Origin: Gammaproteobacteria bacterium
GTDB lineage: Bacteria; Pseudomonadota; Gammaproteobacteria; S012-40
NCBI GenBank assembly: GCA_015491615.1
Contig: WFVN01000288.1
Span: forward strand, 1 to 46,356
Reading direction: 5' to 3'
Length of the DNA: 46,356 nt
In this document: piece after piece, positions 13,252-22,073 of the stretch
Layout: every line of letters starts with the position of its first letter
Position numbering within the stretch: the stretch's first letter is position 1
Position numbers and translations under genes: made by a program
Notes under the pieces: generated by a model
What the model was told of the DNA's origin: nothing
What the model saw: the letters and a program-made list of their open reading frames with translations, nothing else
Databases searched by the model: none

Positions 13252-13276
13252 AAAAAACCCCGATCTCGTGTCGGGG
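13252..13276 (-). terminator. intrinsic terminator / attenuator T1 in the rimP leader
   Basis: Minus strand: CCCCGA-cacgaga-TCGGGG followed by TTTTTT. It lies about 25-45 nt downstream of a good promoter. Confidence 0.6.
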
Positions 13277-13304
13277 CTCCGCGTAAGGCGCTTTGCAACT
13301 GCAA

Positions 13305-13334
13305 ATTATAAGGGGCAAGGCATCACTGATTCAA
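13305..13334 (-). promoter_or_regulatory. candidate sigma70 promoter reading toward rimP-nusA-infB
   Basis: Minus strand: TTGAAT (13334-13329), 18 nt spacer, TATAAT (13310-13305). Confidence 0.55.
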
Positions 13335-13499
13335 GCGACTGTCCCGACCGCGCCGTATCACCCTCATTGAGACCGATTTCATGGTGCAAAGTTGCCGGAT
13401 CATCCGCGAGTGTTAATCTCCCTTCGAGGGACGAGGTGTTCGGCCCCTCTCGCATCTGCTTTCCGGGGAGATCTGGGGCAAGGATCGGTATCCGTTCTT

Positions 13500-15419
13500 T
13501 CATCTTATCTTCCCCTGCCCCGCTTCCGGGACGAGACAGGCACGAATCTCGTCGGCCAGCAGGGTCTCTTTCTCTTCCAGACGCCGCACCAGTTCCAGAT
13601 AGGACTCGCGGTGTGCCTGCAATACCGACTCGGCACGCGTTTCGGCTTCCCGCAACAAACGTTGTACGGCCTTATCCACCGCTGCAGCGGCCAATTCGCT
13701 GTAACGCCGGGGTTGGGCCATCTCCTTGCCCAAGAAGGGATGCTCGTCGCTCTCACGCAGGTCCACCGGGCCGATGCGCTCGTCCATGCCCCAGCGGGAC
13801 ACCATGGCCCGCGCCAAACGTGTGGCCTGGCGGATGTCGTCGTCGGCCCCGGAACTTACGCTGCCCAGGAACAGGCGTTCCGCTGCCCGTCCGCCCAGCA
13901 TCACCGCCAGGCGGTCACGCAGGTACTCCTCGGGCAGGGTGTGTCGCTCCACTTCGGGGAGCTGCTGGGTCACCCCCAGGGCCTGACCGCGGGGGATGAT
14001 GGTCACCTTGTACACCGGATCGGCGTGGGGCAGATAGAAACCCACTGCCGTGTGTCCGCCCTCGTGGACGGCGAGACGATGACGCTCGTCCTCCTGGAGG
14101 ACCAGGTGGCGTTCCACCCCCATGATCACTTTATCCTTGGCCTGGTCGAGATGACGCATGGTGATTTCCGCACGCCGCTCGCGTGCGGCGAGAATGGCGG
14201 CCTCGTTCACCAGGTTCCTCAGATCGGCGCCGGAAAAACCTGGCGTGCCGCGGGCGATGATGGCCAGATCCACGTCCCCGGCCAAGGGTTTGTTGCGCGT
14301 GTGCACCCGCAAGATGGCCTCGCGGTCCTTCACGTCGGGTAGATCCAAGGTCACGTGCCGATCGAAGCGCCCGGGTCGCAACAGGGCGGGGTCCAGCACG
14401 TCCGGCCGATTGGTGGCGGCGACGACGATCACTGCTTCGCGACCGGTGAAGCCGTCCATCTCCGCCAGGATCTGATTGAGGGTCTGCTCCCGTTCGTCGT
14501 GCCCGCCGCCCAGGCCGGTACCGCGTGTGCGGCCCACGGCGTCAATCTCGTCGACGAAGATGATGGATGGAGCACTCTTCTTGGCCTGCTCGAACAGATT
14601 GCGTACCCGGGCCGCCCCCACCCCCACGAACACTTCGATGAATTCCGATGCCGACATGGAAAAGAAAGGGACACCGGCTTCCCCCGCCAAGGCCTTGGCC
14701 AAGAGGGTCTTACCGGTACCAGGGGGTCCCATGAGAAGCACGCCCTTGGGCACTTCCGCCCCCAGCTGGCGAAAGGCCTCCGGGTGCCTGAGGTAGTCCA
14801 CCAGCTCACGCACCTCACGCTTGGCCGTTTCCTGCCCAGCTACGTCGGAGAACTTCACATGGGGCACTTCCGCCGGACCGGAAATGGGCTGGAGGAACTT
14901 CTTCAGGTCTCCACCCCCGGGCGGGCCGCCACCGATGTTGCGGTAAGCACGTCCCATGAGCCACAGCCAGATGACCAGAATGAGGATCCAGGGCAGCCAA
15001 GCGATGAGAATGGTGCGCCAGTCGGTCTCCTGGGAAAGGGCTCGTACGGTCACGTCTCGATCGCGCAAGATCCCCAGAAGGGGTTGAGCCTCCAGGGGCG
15101 GCACCCGGCTTGCAAGGCGCGCACTTTCCTCTCCTTGCGGTCCCAAGGGTTCGGGAAATTTCAGCCGAGCCTCCAGGTCAGCGCCGCGGAAGGTGACCTC
15201 ACTTACCTTACCCGCTTCCAACAGGGCTTCGAAACGACTGAATGGCACCTCGAAGATGGGCTCACCCTGCGTTGGAGCGTAGTACACCCCAAGGAAAGAT
15301 ATGAGCACCAAGAAGATGAGGAACCAAGGCAACCAAGGAGGGGAGTCACCACCGGTCGAGTCGGGCCGGTCTTTCCTTCGGGGATCACGATGGGGCGGCT
15401 TAGAGGGTGGCGTGCTCAT
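13500..15419 (-). CDS. FtsH-type ATP-dependent zinc metalloprotease, probably an extra paralogue
   Basis: Two TM helices flank a ~100-aa periplasmic segment. AAA module [13 protein letters not shown] / [10 protein letters not shown], zinc site HEGGH. ATG at 15419 (MSTPPSK...) preferred over the 15500 start in the track. It is not in the usual ftsH context. Confidence 0.9.
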   Translation of the reverse strand: MSTPPSKPPHRDPRRKDRPDSTGGDSPPWLPWFLIFLVLISFLGVYYAPTQGEPIFEVPFSRFEALLEAGKVSEVTFRGADLEARLKFPEPLGPQGEESARLASRVPPLEAQPLLGILRDRDVTVRALSQETDWRTILIAWLPWILILVIWLWLMGRAYRNIGGGPPGGGDLKKFLQPISGPAEVPHVKFSDVAGQETAKREVRELVDYLRHPEAFRQLGAEVPKGVLLMGPPGTGKTLLAKALAGEAGVPFFSMSASEFIEVFVGVGAARVRNLFEQAKKSAPSIIFVDEIDAVGRTRGTGLGGGHDEREQTLNQILAEMDGFTGREAVIVVAATNRPDVLDPALLRPGRFDRHVTLDLPDVKDREAILRVHTRNKPLAGDVDLAIIARGTPGFSGADLRNLVNEAAILAARERRAEITMRHLDQAKDKVIMGVERHLVLQEDERHRLAVHEGGHTAVGFYLPHADPVYKVTIIPRGQALGVTQQLPEVERHTLPEEYLRDRLAVMLGGRAAERLFLGSVSSGADDDIRQATRLARAMVSRWGMDERIGPVDLRESDEHPFLGKEMAQPRRYSELAAAAVDKAVQRLLREAETRAESVLQAHRESYLELVRRLEEKETLLADEIRACLVPEAGQGKIR

Positions 15420-15675
15420 GCATTCGTTCCGCTTCCCGATACCGCCCTTCCGTAAAGGGCGCGGCCCGCACGATAGGACTGTAACGCCACGCTCGGCCAC
15501 CCATTTCCTAACCTGTGGTGGCTATTTTACCCATGCATGGCGTGCACTCGCCCGCCCGAGCTTCCTTGGGGACGAACTTCCCCTCGGGGCACGGGGGGAT
15601 GCCCCCTGAACCGGAATTCGACGTATCGAAAAAGCCGCGGAGCCCCAAGACCCAATTCGTCATGCGCCCTCAACG

Positions 15676-15700
15676 AAGGACCCCGCATCGCGGGGTCCTT
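15676..15700 (-). terminator. stable hairpin just downstream of the protoglobin gene (no U tract)
   Basis: AAGGACCCCG / CGGGGTCCTT arms (10-11 bp) with a 3-5 nt loop, 8 nt past the stop at 15708. Confidence 0.4.
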
Positions 15701-15707
15701 GGGAGAC

Positions 15708-16304
15708 TCAAGCGGTGGCTTTCTCCGCTGGTTGAAACTCCTCGAGCATGCGTTTGATCTGCAGGTCTTTGATACGATTGAGCAGCGCCGGATTGATGCC
15801 CACCTTGGCCAGACCTTCGCGAGTGCTCGATTCCAATACCTCGTCGTAGCACTCTGCAATGAGGGTGGCGATGATGCCGCTCACCCGCAGGAAGGCACCC
15901 GCCAGAACCTGGGCCTTTTCCGGCTCGAATTCGGCGAAACATTTCTGGACGAAGATCTGCTGGACATGGTTCATCATCCCCAGCATGTACAGGTTGCGCG
16001 TCTTTCGCTTGATGTGCATGAGGGCGATGTACCACTGGTAACGCCAGTAGTCCTCGTCCTTGCGCCCGGTGAGCATTTGCTCGTACCAACGGGCGAGGGT
16101 CCGCTCCAGTTTGGGGCGTTCACCCTCCTCCACTACCGAGGCCGCCTCCGGACAAGACAAGAGACGATCGTAGAACTGCTGGACGATCTCCGGCCCCCAC
16201 TGCCGTAGATGCTCCGCTTCCGCCTGCAGCACGTCCCAGTCTTCCGGACGGTAGCCGGTCAGTTCGCTCGCGGTTTTGACGTAGTCTCCGACCAGGGTCA
16301 TCAC
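15708..16304 (-). CDS. single-domain sensor globin (protoglobin / globin-coupled-sensor type)
   Basis: 198 aa. IVQQFYDRLLSCPEAASVV ... LERTLARWYEQMLTG ... YIALMHIKRKTRNLYMLGMMNHV parallels the HemAT-type pattern IV..FY..L ... H.RIGL.P.WY, with His in ALMHIKR as the likely proximal ligand. GTG start overlaps the Roadblock stop by 4 nt. Confidence 0.8.
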   Translation of the reverse strand: MMTLVGDYVKTASELTGYRPEDWDVLQAEAEHLRQWGPEIVQQFYDRLLSCPEAASVVEEGERPKLERTLARWYEQMLTGRKDEDYWRYQWYIALMHIKRKTRNLYMLGMMNHVQQIFVQKCFAEFEPEKAQVLAGAFLRVSGIIATLIAECYDEVLESSTREGLAKVGINPALLNRIKDLQIKRMLEEFQPAEKATA

Positions 16305-16684
16305 ATAGCCTCGATGACTTCGTTGAGATGCTTGCGGATGGCGTAACGAACACCGCCAATGACCGCGGTCTGATCGGTGACGATGGCCAGGATGTCGTCT
16401 TTCACCGTCGCCATGATGACCTTGCCGCGCTCGAATTCGGCCAGGTACTGCTCCATCAAACCAAGGGAAAATTCAGCCCCCAGGCTTTCGGTGGTACCGA
16501 TGGCGGTGGCCACCATGGCCCCCAGGGCATCCATGTCCACGGCGGTGGTGGAAGTCCCCTCGATGACGAAACCGTCACGGCCGATGATGGCGGCGGCGAT
16601 GACCCCCTTGATGGTGAGAAACTCGCTCAGCACTTCGTTGAGGCTGTTGCTCTGCGGATTGGCGGTGGTGATGGTCGCGACCAT
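16301..16684 (-). CDS. Roadblock/LC7 (MglB-like) domain protein
   Basis: 127 aa. IKGVIAAAIIGRDGFVIEG ... DMDALGAMVATAIG ... ILAIVTD is the typical Roadblock/LC7 pattern. AGGAGGA Shine-Dalgarno. Confidence 0.85.
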   Translation of the reverse strand: MVATITTANPQSNSLNEVLSEFLTIKGVIAAAIIGRDGFVIEGTSTTAVDMDALGAMVATAIGTTESLGAEFSLGLMEQYLAEFERGKVIMATVKDDILAIVTDQTAVIGGVRYAIRKHLNEVIEAM

Positions 16685-16748
16685 GATGTTCTCCTCCTAA
16701 TCGTTATAGTGTGTGATGCTCGATTTCCCGTGGCGGGGGACCTGGGAT

Positions 16749-17705
16749 TCAGGAAGCGCGCCCCTCCACCACGCGTTGGACCCAAGTCATGACGCCGTCT
16801 CGATCCTTCGGCGTCGTGAGGAACCCCACCTGTTCCCTCAGGTGGGGATATTGCCCGACGATACCTTTCAGGGTATCCGCCAGGAGCAATTCGCCATGCA
16901 CGACGGGAGCGACCCTGAGGAGATGTTCCATCAGGACCACTTCGGCACGCAAGCCGGCGTCCACCTCCATTTGCAACCAAGCCCCTTCCCAGCGAGGGAG
17001 ACGTTCCACCGCCTCACTCCAACCTTTGCCGGCGACGTCCATGCAGACCAGATAGGAAACATGGTTGCGATCGTGGACCGCTCGTACCAACAAAGTGGTG
17101 GCGACCTCCACCACAGGGGCGCCGAACCACTGCCCGACTGCTTGCAGCCGATCCTTTTCCATGAGAGTAAGATAACGGTGCTGGGCCGTCACTTGCTGCG
17201 CCTTGTCGAGGAAGGAGAACAGGCGCTCCACAGGTAGGGCGCGCGCCGTGATCGAGGTGATCCCCGGGTGGTGGTTGGGGAGCGCATGAGCACGCCGTTC
17301 ACCCGCGAGGGCGTGGTCGAGCACAGCACGCGCTTCTCGCAATGCCGCGCGCGGATTGCCGAAATTCAAACGGCAACGAGCCCTTTCCAGGCCCCGCATA
17401 ATACGGGGATCGTCGTTGTCCCATTGCCGGGCGGTGTGTATGAAGTCTTCGAGGAGCCCACGGATTTCCGCTGCTCGAGATTCGTACTGACGGTCTATGC
17501 GCTCGAAGATGGAGGCAGCTCGGGCAAGGCGCTCTTTGGCCTTCTCGCGCCCGTTGCGGACGGCTCCATCAAGGAGCCCGCTTAACCTAGAAAATTCATC
17601 AGGAAAATAGAAATCGGCGCCGAGGCGCAGATTCGCCTGATAACGAAGAACTAAACCGACCGGGTCAGTAAGCTTCTGTTCATCTAATTTTGGATGTGCG
17701 GACAT
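16749..17705 (-). CDS. hypothetical protein (318 aa from ATG 17705), first gene of the Roadblock-protoglobin operon
   Basis: Long ORF in coding-like composition. Helical N-terminal half, alpha/beta-looking C-terminal half. No Walker A or other motif I recognise. 64 nt upstream of the Roadblock gene on the same strand. Confidence 0.6.
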   Translation of the reverse strand: MSAHPKLDEQKLTDPVGLVLRYQANLRLGADFYFPDEFSRLSGLLDGAVRNGREKAKERLARAASIFERIDRQYESRAAEIRGLLEDFIHTARQWDNDDPRIMRGLERARCRLNFGNPRAALREARAVLDHALAGERRAHALPNHHPGITSITARALPVERLFSFLDKAQQVTAQHRYLTLMEKDRLQAVGQWFGAPVVEVATTLLVRAVHDRNHVSYLVCMDVAGKGWSEAVERLPRWEGAWLQMEVDAGLRAEVVLMEHLLRVAPVVHGELLLADTLKGIVGQYPHLREQVGFLTTPKDRDGVMTWVQRVVEGRAS

Positions 17706-17863
17706 GGGGTGTCGCCTTTCCCAGGAACGTGGTCGATGTTTTACACTGACCACCCGGCCTGCGTGCTACTATATCCCACTCACGCAAGAATACAACTCTG
17801 TCAATTCCTCGATCGCCCGATTCGACCGAGCCACCTTCTTCACGAAGAAAACATATTGAGAAA

Positions 17864-20062
17864 ATGTATTTAAACCATTTCTCCCTTGCTCGCGCACCCT
17901 TCGACTTCCTGCTGGAACCCGATCTCACCTACTGGAGTCCGGGTCTGAAGGCACTCTGGACGGAAGTGACCCGAGGCCTCGGCAATGGTCGCAGCCCCCA
18001 GTTCGTCGTCGCCCGACCCGGATGCGGGAAGTCGTTCTTCCTCCACTTGCTCGCCCTGCACAGCATCGAACAGGGACATAACTGCGCCTACATCGACGTC
18101 GCTGGCCAGCGCGCCGACCTGTTTGAATCGCTCTCCCTCGCCTACGGGCTGGAATACCCTTCCCAGAGTGAGGAACAGTATCTCACATGGTTCGAGAGCT
18201 TCCTCGCCTCGTCACGCCTCGGGGGCATCCAGAACGTCCTGTTGCTGGACAACGTCCACCGCATGGACTCCCAGGCTCTACAGAAACTGGTCTATTTGAT
18301 CAAGATCCGTATCGACAATACCCCTTTGCTCCACGTGGTGGCGACCCTCAGTGAAAAGGAAGACCAAGAAGCCTTGGAGTTGCTCACCGCCAACCAGGTC
18401 TCCGCGAAGCCACTCCTCCTCCCCCCCCTGGACGTGGCGCACACGGGTGCCTACATCACCCACCGCCTCAAAGCCGCCGGACACGACAACGGAGACCTTT
18501 TCGACGATGACGTGGTGGAGTGGCTCCATGCGCGCTCGCGCGGCATTCCCCGCGAGATCAATTATTACGCCGACTTGTTCATGACGCATGCCTACCTGCG
18601 GCACCAGCGACGGATCCATACCCGACTCGTTCAATTGGTGGATCCCACCGACAACACCCGCAAGCCGAAGGAGACCCACCCCGGGATCGTCGTCGAACGA
18701 CCGAAGCCGTCCACCTCCCCCCGCGGGGGTACGAGCGAAACCATAGGAGGCAAGACGACGCCCGATGAGGGCATCGCCACGGTGAAGTCGTCTCCGCCCC
18801 GCCCCACCCACGAAAGGCAAAAATCGGGGGGAACGGCCGAGCCATCCCGAGCGACCGAACCGACAGTGGCCGACGAGCCCAGATCTTCGTCCAAGGCCAA
18901 GTCCACCAGAGGGCGACCCGAAGTAGGGAAAGGCAACCCACGACACACGGACGAAGGCAAAGGCACGCGAACGACGAACGACACGAAACAACCCTCGCCG
19001 CCTCCCCCTACGGCCGAGAGCCCTGTTTCTTCCACCTCCCGACCGGAAAATGAAGCACCGGCCGCCAATCGCCGAGGTTTGTTCCTCGCCGCAGCCGCTC
19101 TCGTCATGCTGGTCTTGGCCGGCCTCGTTCTGTTGCAGAGCGACGAAACCAGAGACGTCCCCCCTCCGCAGGCGGTAGCGGAAACTTCTCCAGGAGAACG
19201 TCCCAATACCCCCATCCCGGTAACCCGTACGCCGCCCGCCCAACCTGAGGGACGGTCCGAAACCGAAACCGGGGGACAACCCCCCAGCCGCGTGGCCAAG
19301 CAAGAGGTGACGACCCAACCGGTGGAACAACCGGTCAAGACAGCGCCAACTTCACCTGCTGCCCCCCGAACGCGGACGGATGAGAAACCAACTCCTCCCG
19401 TAGCGACTCCTGCACCCGAGACGAAACCGCGCATTGAAGAGCCGAGGAAACCAGCAACCCTCGTCGCCAAGGCTGAGCCGCCCCTCGAAACCGCCGCGGC
19501 GCCCCCGGGAGAAACGGTGTCGTCTCCTCCACCCTCGCCCCGTCTTTCCGAAGCCGCGAAAGAGCGCGATTCACAAATACCAGCGGCGCCCGTCGCCGAT
19601 AGCGAGACAGAAGTCGCTCCGGAGGGACACACGCCTACGGAAACGGACTCCGAATTCGCCAGTTTCGTCCCTGCGCCCGATGGCCAGGATCCGTTGCTGG
19701 CCGTGCAGGCCTTGGACAACCTCGTCCACCGTTTCCAATGGGCTTACGAAAATGCCGACGAACACGTCCTTGCAGAGATTTTCGACCCCAACATTCGCAC
19801 CAACGAAAACAGCGGTCGCGACGCCATCCTCAACGAATACGGCCAGTTCTTCCGCGTCACCCAAACCCGTCGCTTGGCAATCGGTCCCCTCGAATGGCAG
19901 ACTTCCGGTATGGTTTCCACCGGGGTGGGACGCTTTACCGCCCATGTAGTGACCAAGAGGGGCAAGGAACGCACCTTCACCGGCACGTTGACCATCGAAG
20001 CCATCGCCACCCCCGCGGGCCGTCCCAAGATCACGGCCCTTTACTACCGATACGATAGCTGA
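17864..20062 (+). CDS. ExeA/GspA/MshM-like AAA ATPase fused to a long Pro-rich linker, one TM helix and an NTF2-like C-terminal domain
   Basis: N-terminus MYLNHFSLARAPFDFLLEPDLTYW ... RPGCGKS ... VLLLDNVHRM ... SRGIPREINYYAD follows the ExeA pattern (MYxxHFGLxxxPF; GxGKT; DEAQ; GxPRxIN). Then ~130 aa of P/S/T/K/R-rich sequence, TM GLFLAAAALVMLVLAGLVLL (nt ~19076-19135), ~170 aa P/E/T/A-rich, and a ~120-aa globular tail. Confidence 0.8.
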   Translation: MYLNHFSLARAPFDFLLEPDLTYWSPGLKALWTEVTRGLGNGRSPQFVVARPGCGKSFFLHLLALHSIEQGHNCAYIDVAGQRADLFESLSLAYGLEYPSQSEEQYLTWFESFLASSRLGGIQNVLLLDNVHRMDSQALQKLVYLIKIRIDNTPLLHVVATLSEKEDQEALELLTANQVSAKPLLLPPLDVAHTGAYITHRLKAAGHDNGDLFDDDVVEWLHARSRGIPREINYYADLFMTHAYLRHQRRIHTRLVQLVDPTDNTRKPKETHPGIVVERPKPSTSPRGGTSETIGGKTTPDEGIATVKSSPPRPTHERQKSGGTAEPSRATEPTVADEPRSSSKAKSTRGRPEVGKGNPRHTDEGKGTRTTNDTKQPSPPPPTAESPVSSTSRPENEAPAANRRGLFLAAAALVMLVLAGLVLLQSDETRDVPPPQAVAETSPGERPNTPIPVTRTPPAQPEGRSETETGGQPPSRVAKQEVTTQPVEQPVKTAPTSPAAPRTRTDEKPTPPVATPAPETKPRIEEPRKPATLVAKAEPPLETAAAPPGETVSSPPPSPRLSEAAKERDSQIPAAPVADSETEVAPEGHTPTETDSEFASFVPAPDGQDPLLAVQALDNLVHRFQWAYENADEHVLAEIFDPNIRTNENSGRDAILNEYGQFFRVTQTRRLAIGPLEWQTSGMVSTGVGRFTAHVVTKRGKERTFTGTLTIEAIATPAGRPKITALYYRYDS

Positions 20063-20067
20063 AGACC

Positions 20068-21276
20068 ATGCGTCTCTTCGCCCTCACGCTACTGCTGATC
20101 TTTTCCTCCCTCACTCATGCAAAAGAACCCCTGCGTCTCGCGGTGCTCGGCATGCCGTTGGATGAGCTGGAGGCGGAAATCGAAACGCCGCCAGCCCCCG
20201 CGCCGCAGCCTTCTCCACGGGCGCCGATCGCCCCTCCACCACCCGCTGTTCCAGCCCCTGCGGAGATCCAGCCTGCCGTTCCAGTGGTCGAAGACGACAG
20301 CGGTGACGCCGCCACTCCCTCACCTTCCGCTAGCGAGGCGGCATCGGCTGTCGCCCCCCAACCCTCTCCTCCCCCTGGTGACATGGCCTTGTTCCGAATT
20401 CTGAACGAGCGACGCCACGACTTTTATCCTTCCACTTTGGCCCTGCCCGTCTATGGCAACCAACAACGCTTGGATCCCGATCTGTGCTTGGCCCTGGCCT
20501 GGAACATGGACGCACGCTGGCAATCACGTCTGTGTTACACGGCCCTGTATGGAGAACTTGAGGAGCGCGATCGACGGAGTGGTGCCATGCTGGGTCGATT
20601 CAGCACCCAATGGGCAGACGGCCAACTGGACCTCGTCGATTACGTCCATGCCTTCGACGACGACTTCATGATCAGTGTCGGCTGGGTGGTCTCGCGCTAT
20701 CTCCTCGATTTCGACCGCACCGGTCAGTACACCGAGCTGGGCGGCATCCGTTACGATAGCCAGAGCACCCTCGCCGCCCTCACCAGCGGTCTACAGGTGG
20801 GCACCTATTTGCGAACCGCCGAAGGCTCCGTGCTGCGGGCGCGGGTGAGTCTCGAACCCTTTGGGCGCTACGATCTGAATCAGGCCTTCTTCGTGGGTAA
20901 CGACCTCTCCGCCAGCAATCGGCAGAGCGGCTCCAATATCGGCACCGTCGTTTCCCTTAGCTTTTCCGCTACGCGCAGAATCGCCTCCCGCCTGGAAGGA
21001 ACGGCAGAGGTGCGCTATCGCCATCTGCCTTACGCTTACGACACTCTCATGACGGCCCAGGTGGGCACCGATAAGATCCAGTTGGAAGATCGCTTCTCGG
21101 GCAGCGACACCCTCCTTCGCACGGGATTTCGTCTCGGAATTGAAGTGCCCTGGGCGAGCGTCTCTCCTTATGTGGAGACGAGCCTGTTCTATACCAGCCA
21201 TAAGGACGAGGCGGACAAGGAATATCTTTACTACAGCGGTTACCGCTTTTACCTGGGAGTCTCGAAGATTTTTTGA
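20068..21276 (+). CDS. putative outer-membrane beta-barrel protein with Pro/Ala-rich N-terminal region
   Basis: Signal peptide MRLFALTLLLIFSSLTHA. ~90 aa P/A-rich segment, then ~280 aa of alternating amphipathic strands ending YRFYLGVSKIF (C-terminal Phe beta-signal). Starts 5 nt after the ExeA-like stop. Confidence 0.7.
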   Translation: MRLFALTLLLIFSSLTHAKEPLRLAVLGMPLDELEAEIETPPAPAPQPSPRAPIAPPPPAVPAPAEIQPAVPVVEDDSGDAATPSPSASEAASAVAPQPSPPPGDMALFRILNERRHDFYPSTLALPVYGNQQRLDPDLCLALAWNMDARWQSRLCYTALYGELEERDRRSGAMLGRFSTQWADGQLDLVDYVHAFDDDFMISVGWVVSRYLLDFDRTGQYTELGGIRYDSQSTLAALTSGLQVGTYLRTAEGSVLRARVSLEPFGRYDLNQAFFVGNDLSASNRQSGSNIGTVVSLSFSATRRIASRLEGTAEVRYRHLPYAYDTLMTAQVGTDKIQLEDRFSGSDTLLRTGFRLGIEVPWASVSPYVETSLFYTSHKDEADKEYLYYSGYRFYLGVSKIF

Positions 21277-21296
21277 AGGGGGAGGGGTAGGAAACG

Positions 21297-21324
21297 AAAA
21301 AAGCGCCCGCAAAGGCGCTTTTTT
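21297..21324. terminator. bidirectional intrinsic terminator (serves the OMP gene and the tRNA)
   Basis: AAAAAA-GCGCC-cgcaaa-GGCGC-TTTTTT. Confidence 0.8.
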
Positions 21325-21329
21325 GAAGA

Positions 21330-21406
<77 letters not shown>

Positions 21407-21491
21407 TCAGGATGGCCATATCCTAAACCAAAACGCTTTTGACATGCAAGCATCAATCCGGCCCGTCATATACATCGCCCAGGAGGCCCCT

Positions 21492-21791
21492 ATGTGGTAC
21501 ATGATCTTCGCCCAAGACCATCCGCATTCCCTGGAGAAACGCAAGGCCGCGCGCCCCGACCATCTGCGCCGCCTGGAAGCCCTGCGTGAGGAAGGGCGCC
21601 TTCTGCTGGCCGGTCCCTTGCCGGCGGTGGACAGCGAGGACCCTGGTCCAGCCGGTTTCACCGGCAGCCTGGTGGTGGCCGATTTCGAATCCCTGGAAGC
21701 GGCCCGGACATGGGCGGAGACGGATCCTTACAAGGCCGCCGGGGTCTATGCCCAGGTGGAGGTCTACCCTTTCAAGAAGGTCCTGCCATGA
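21492..21791 (+). CDS. YciI-family protein
   Basis: 99 aa from ATG 21492 (AGGAGG 6 nt upstream): [31 protein letters not shown] ... DPYKAAGVY. Confidence 0.88.
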   Translation: MWYMIFAQDHPHSLEKRKAARPDHLRRLEALREEGRLLLAGPLPAVDSEDPGPAGFTGSLVVADFESLEAARTWAETDPYKAAGVYAQVEVYPFKKVLP

Positions 21792-22069
21792 GTGAACGCC
21801 GCGAACGCATCCGTGAATGTCTGCAGGCGGCCCTCGCCCCCACCGTGCTGGAGGTGGAGGACGAGAGCCACCTGCATGCCGGTCATGCCGGCGCTCGCTC
21901 GGGCAAGGGGCATTTCCGTGTCACCATCGTCAGCGAGCGTTTCGCCGGCCTGCCCCTATTGCAACGCCATCGCTTGGTCTATGATGCCCTCGCCGACCTC
22001 ATGGAAAGCGATATCCACGCCCTGGCGATCCGCGCCCGGGCCCCTGAAGAAGCCCATCGAAAGGATTGA
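21788..22069 (+). CDS. BolA-family protein
   Basis: 93 aa: [12 protein letters not shown] ... [27 protein letters not shown]. The ATG overlaps the YciI stop (ATGA). Confidence 0.9.
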   Translation: MSERRERIRECLQAALAPTVLEVEDESHLHAGHAGARSGKGHFRVTIVSERFAGLPLLQRHRLVYDALADLMESDIHALAIRARAPEEAHRKD

Positions 22070-22073
22070 ACCC

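Noticed and set aside
18278-19719. 350-362-aa minus-strand ORFs inside the ExeA-like gene
   Set aside because: They lie opposite the Pro-rich linker, whose CCN/GGN-rich codons leave the complement stop-free. The products are Gly/Arg-rich junk.
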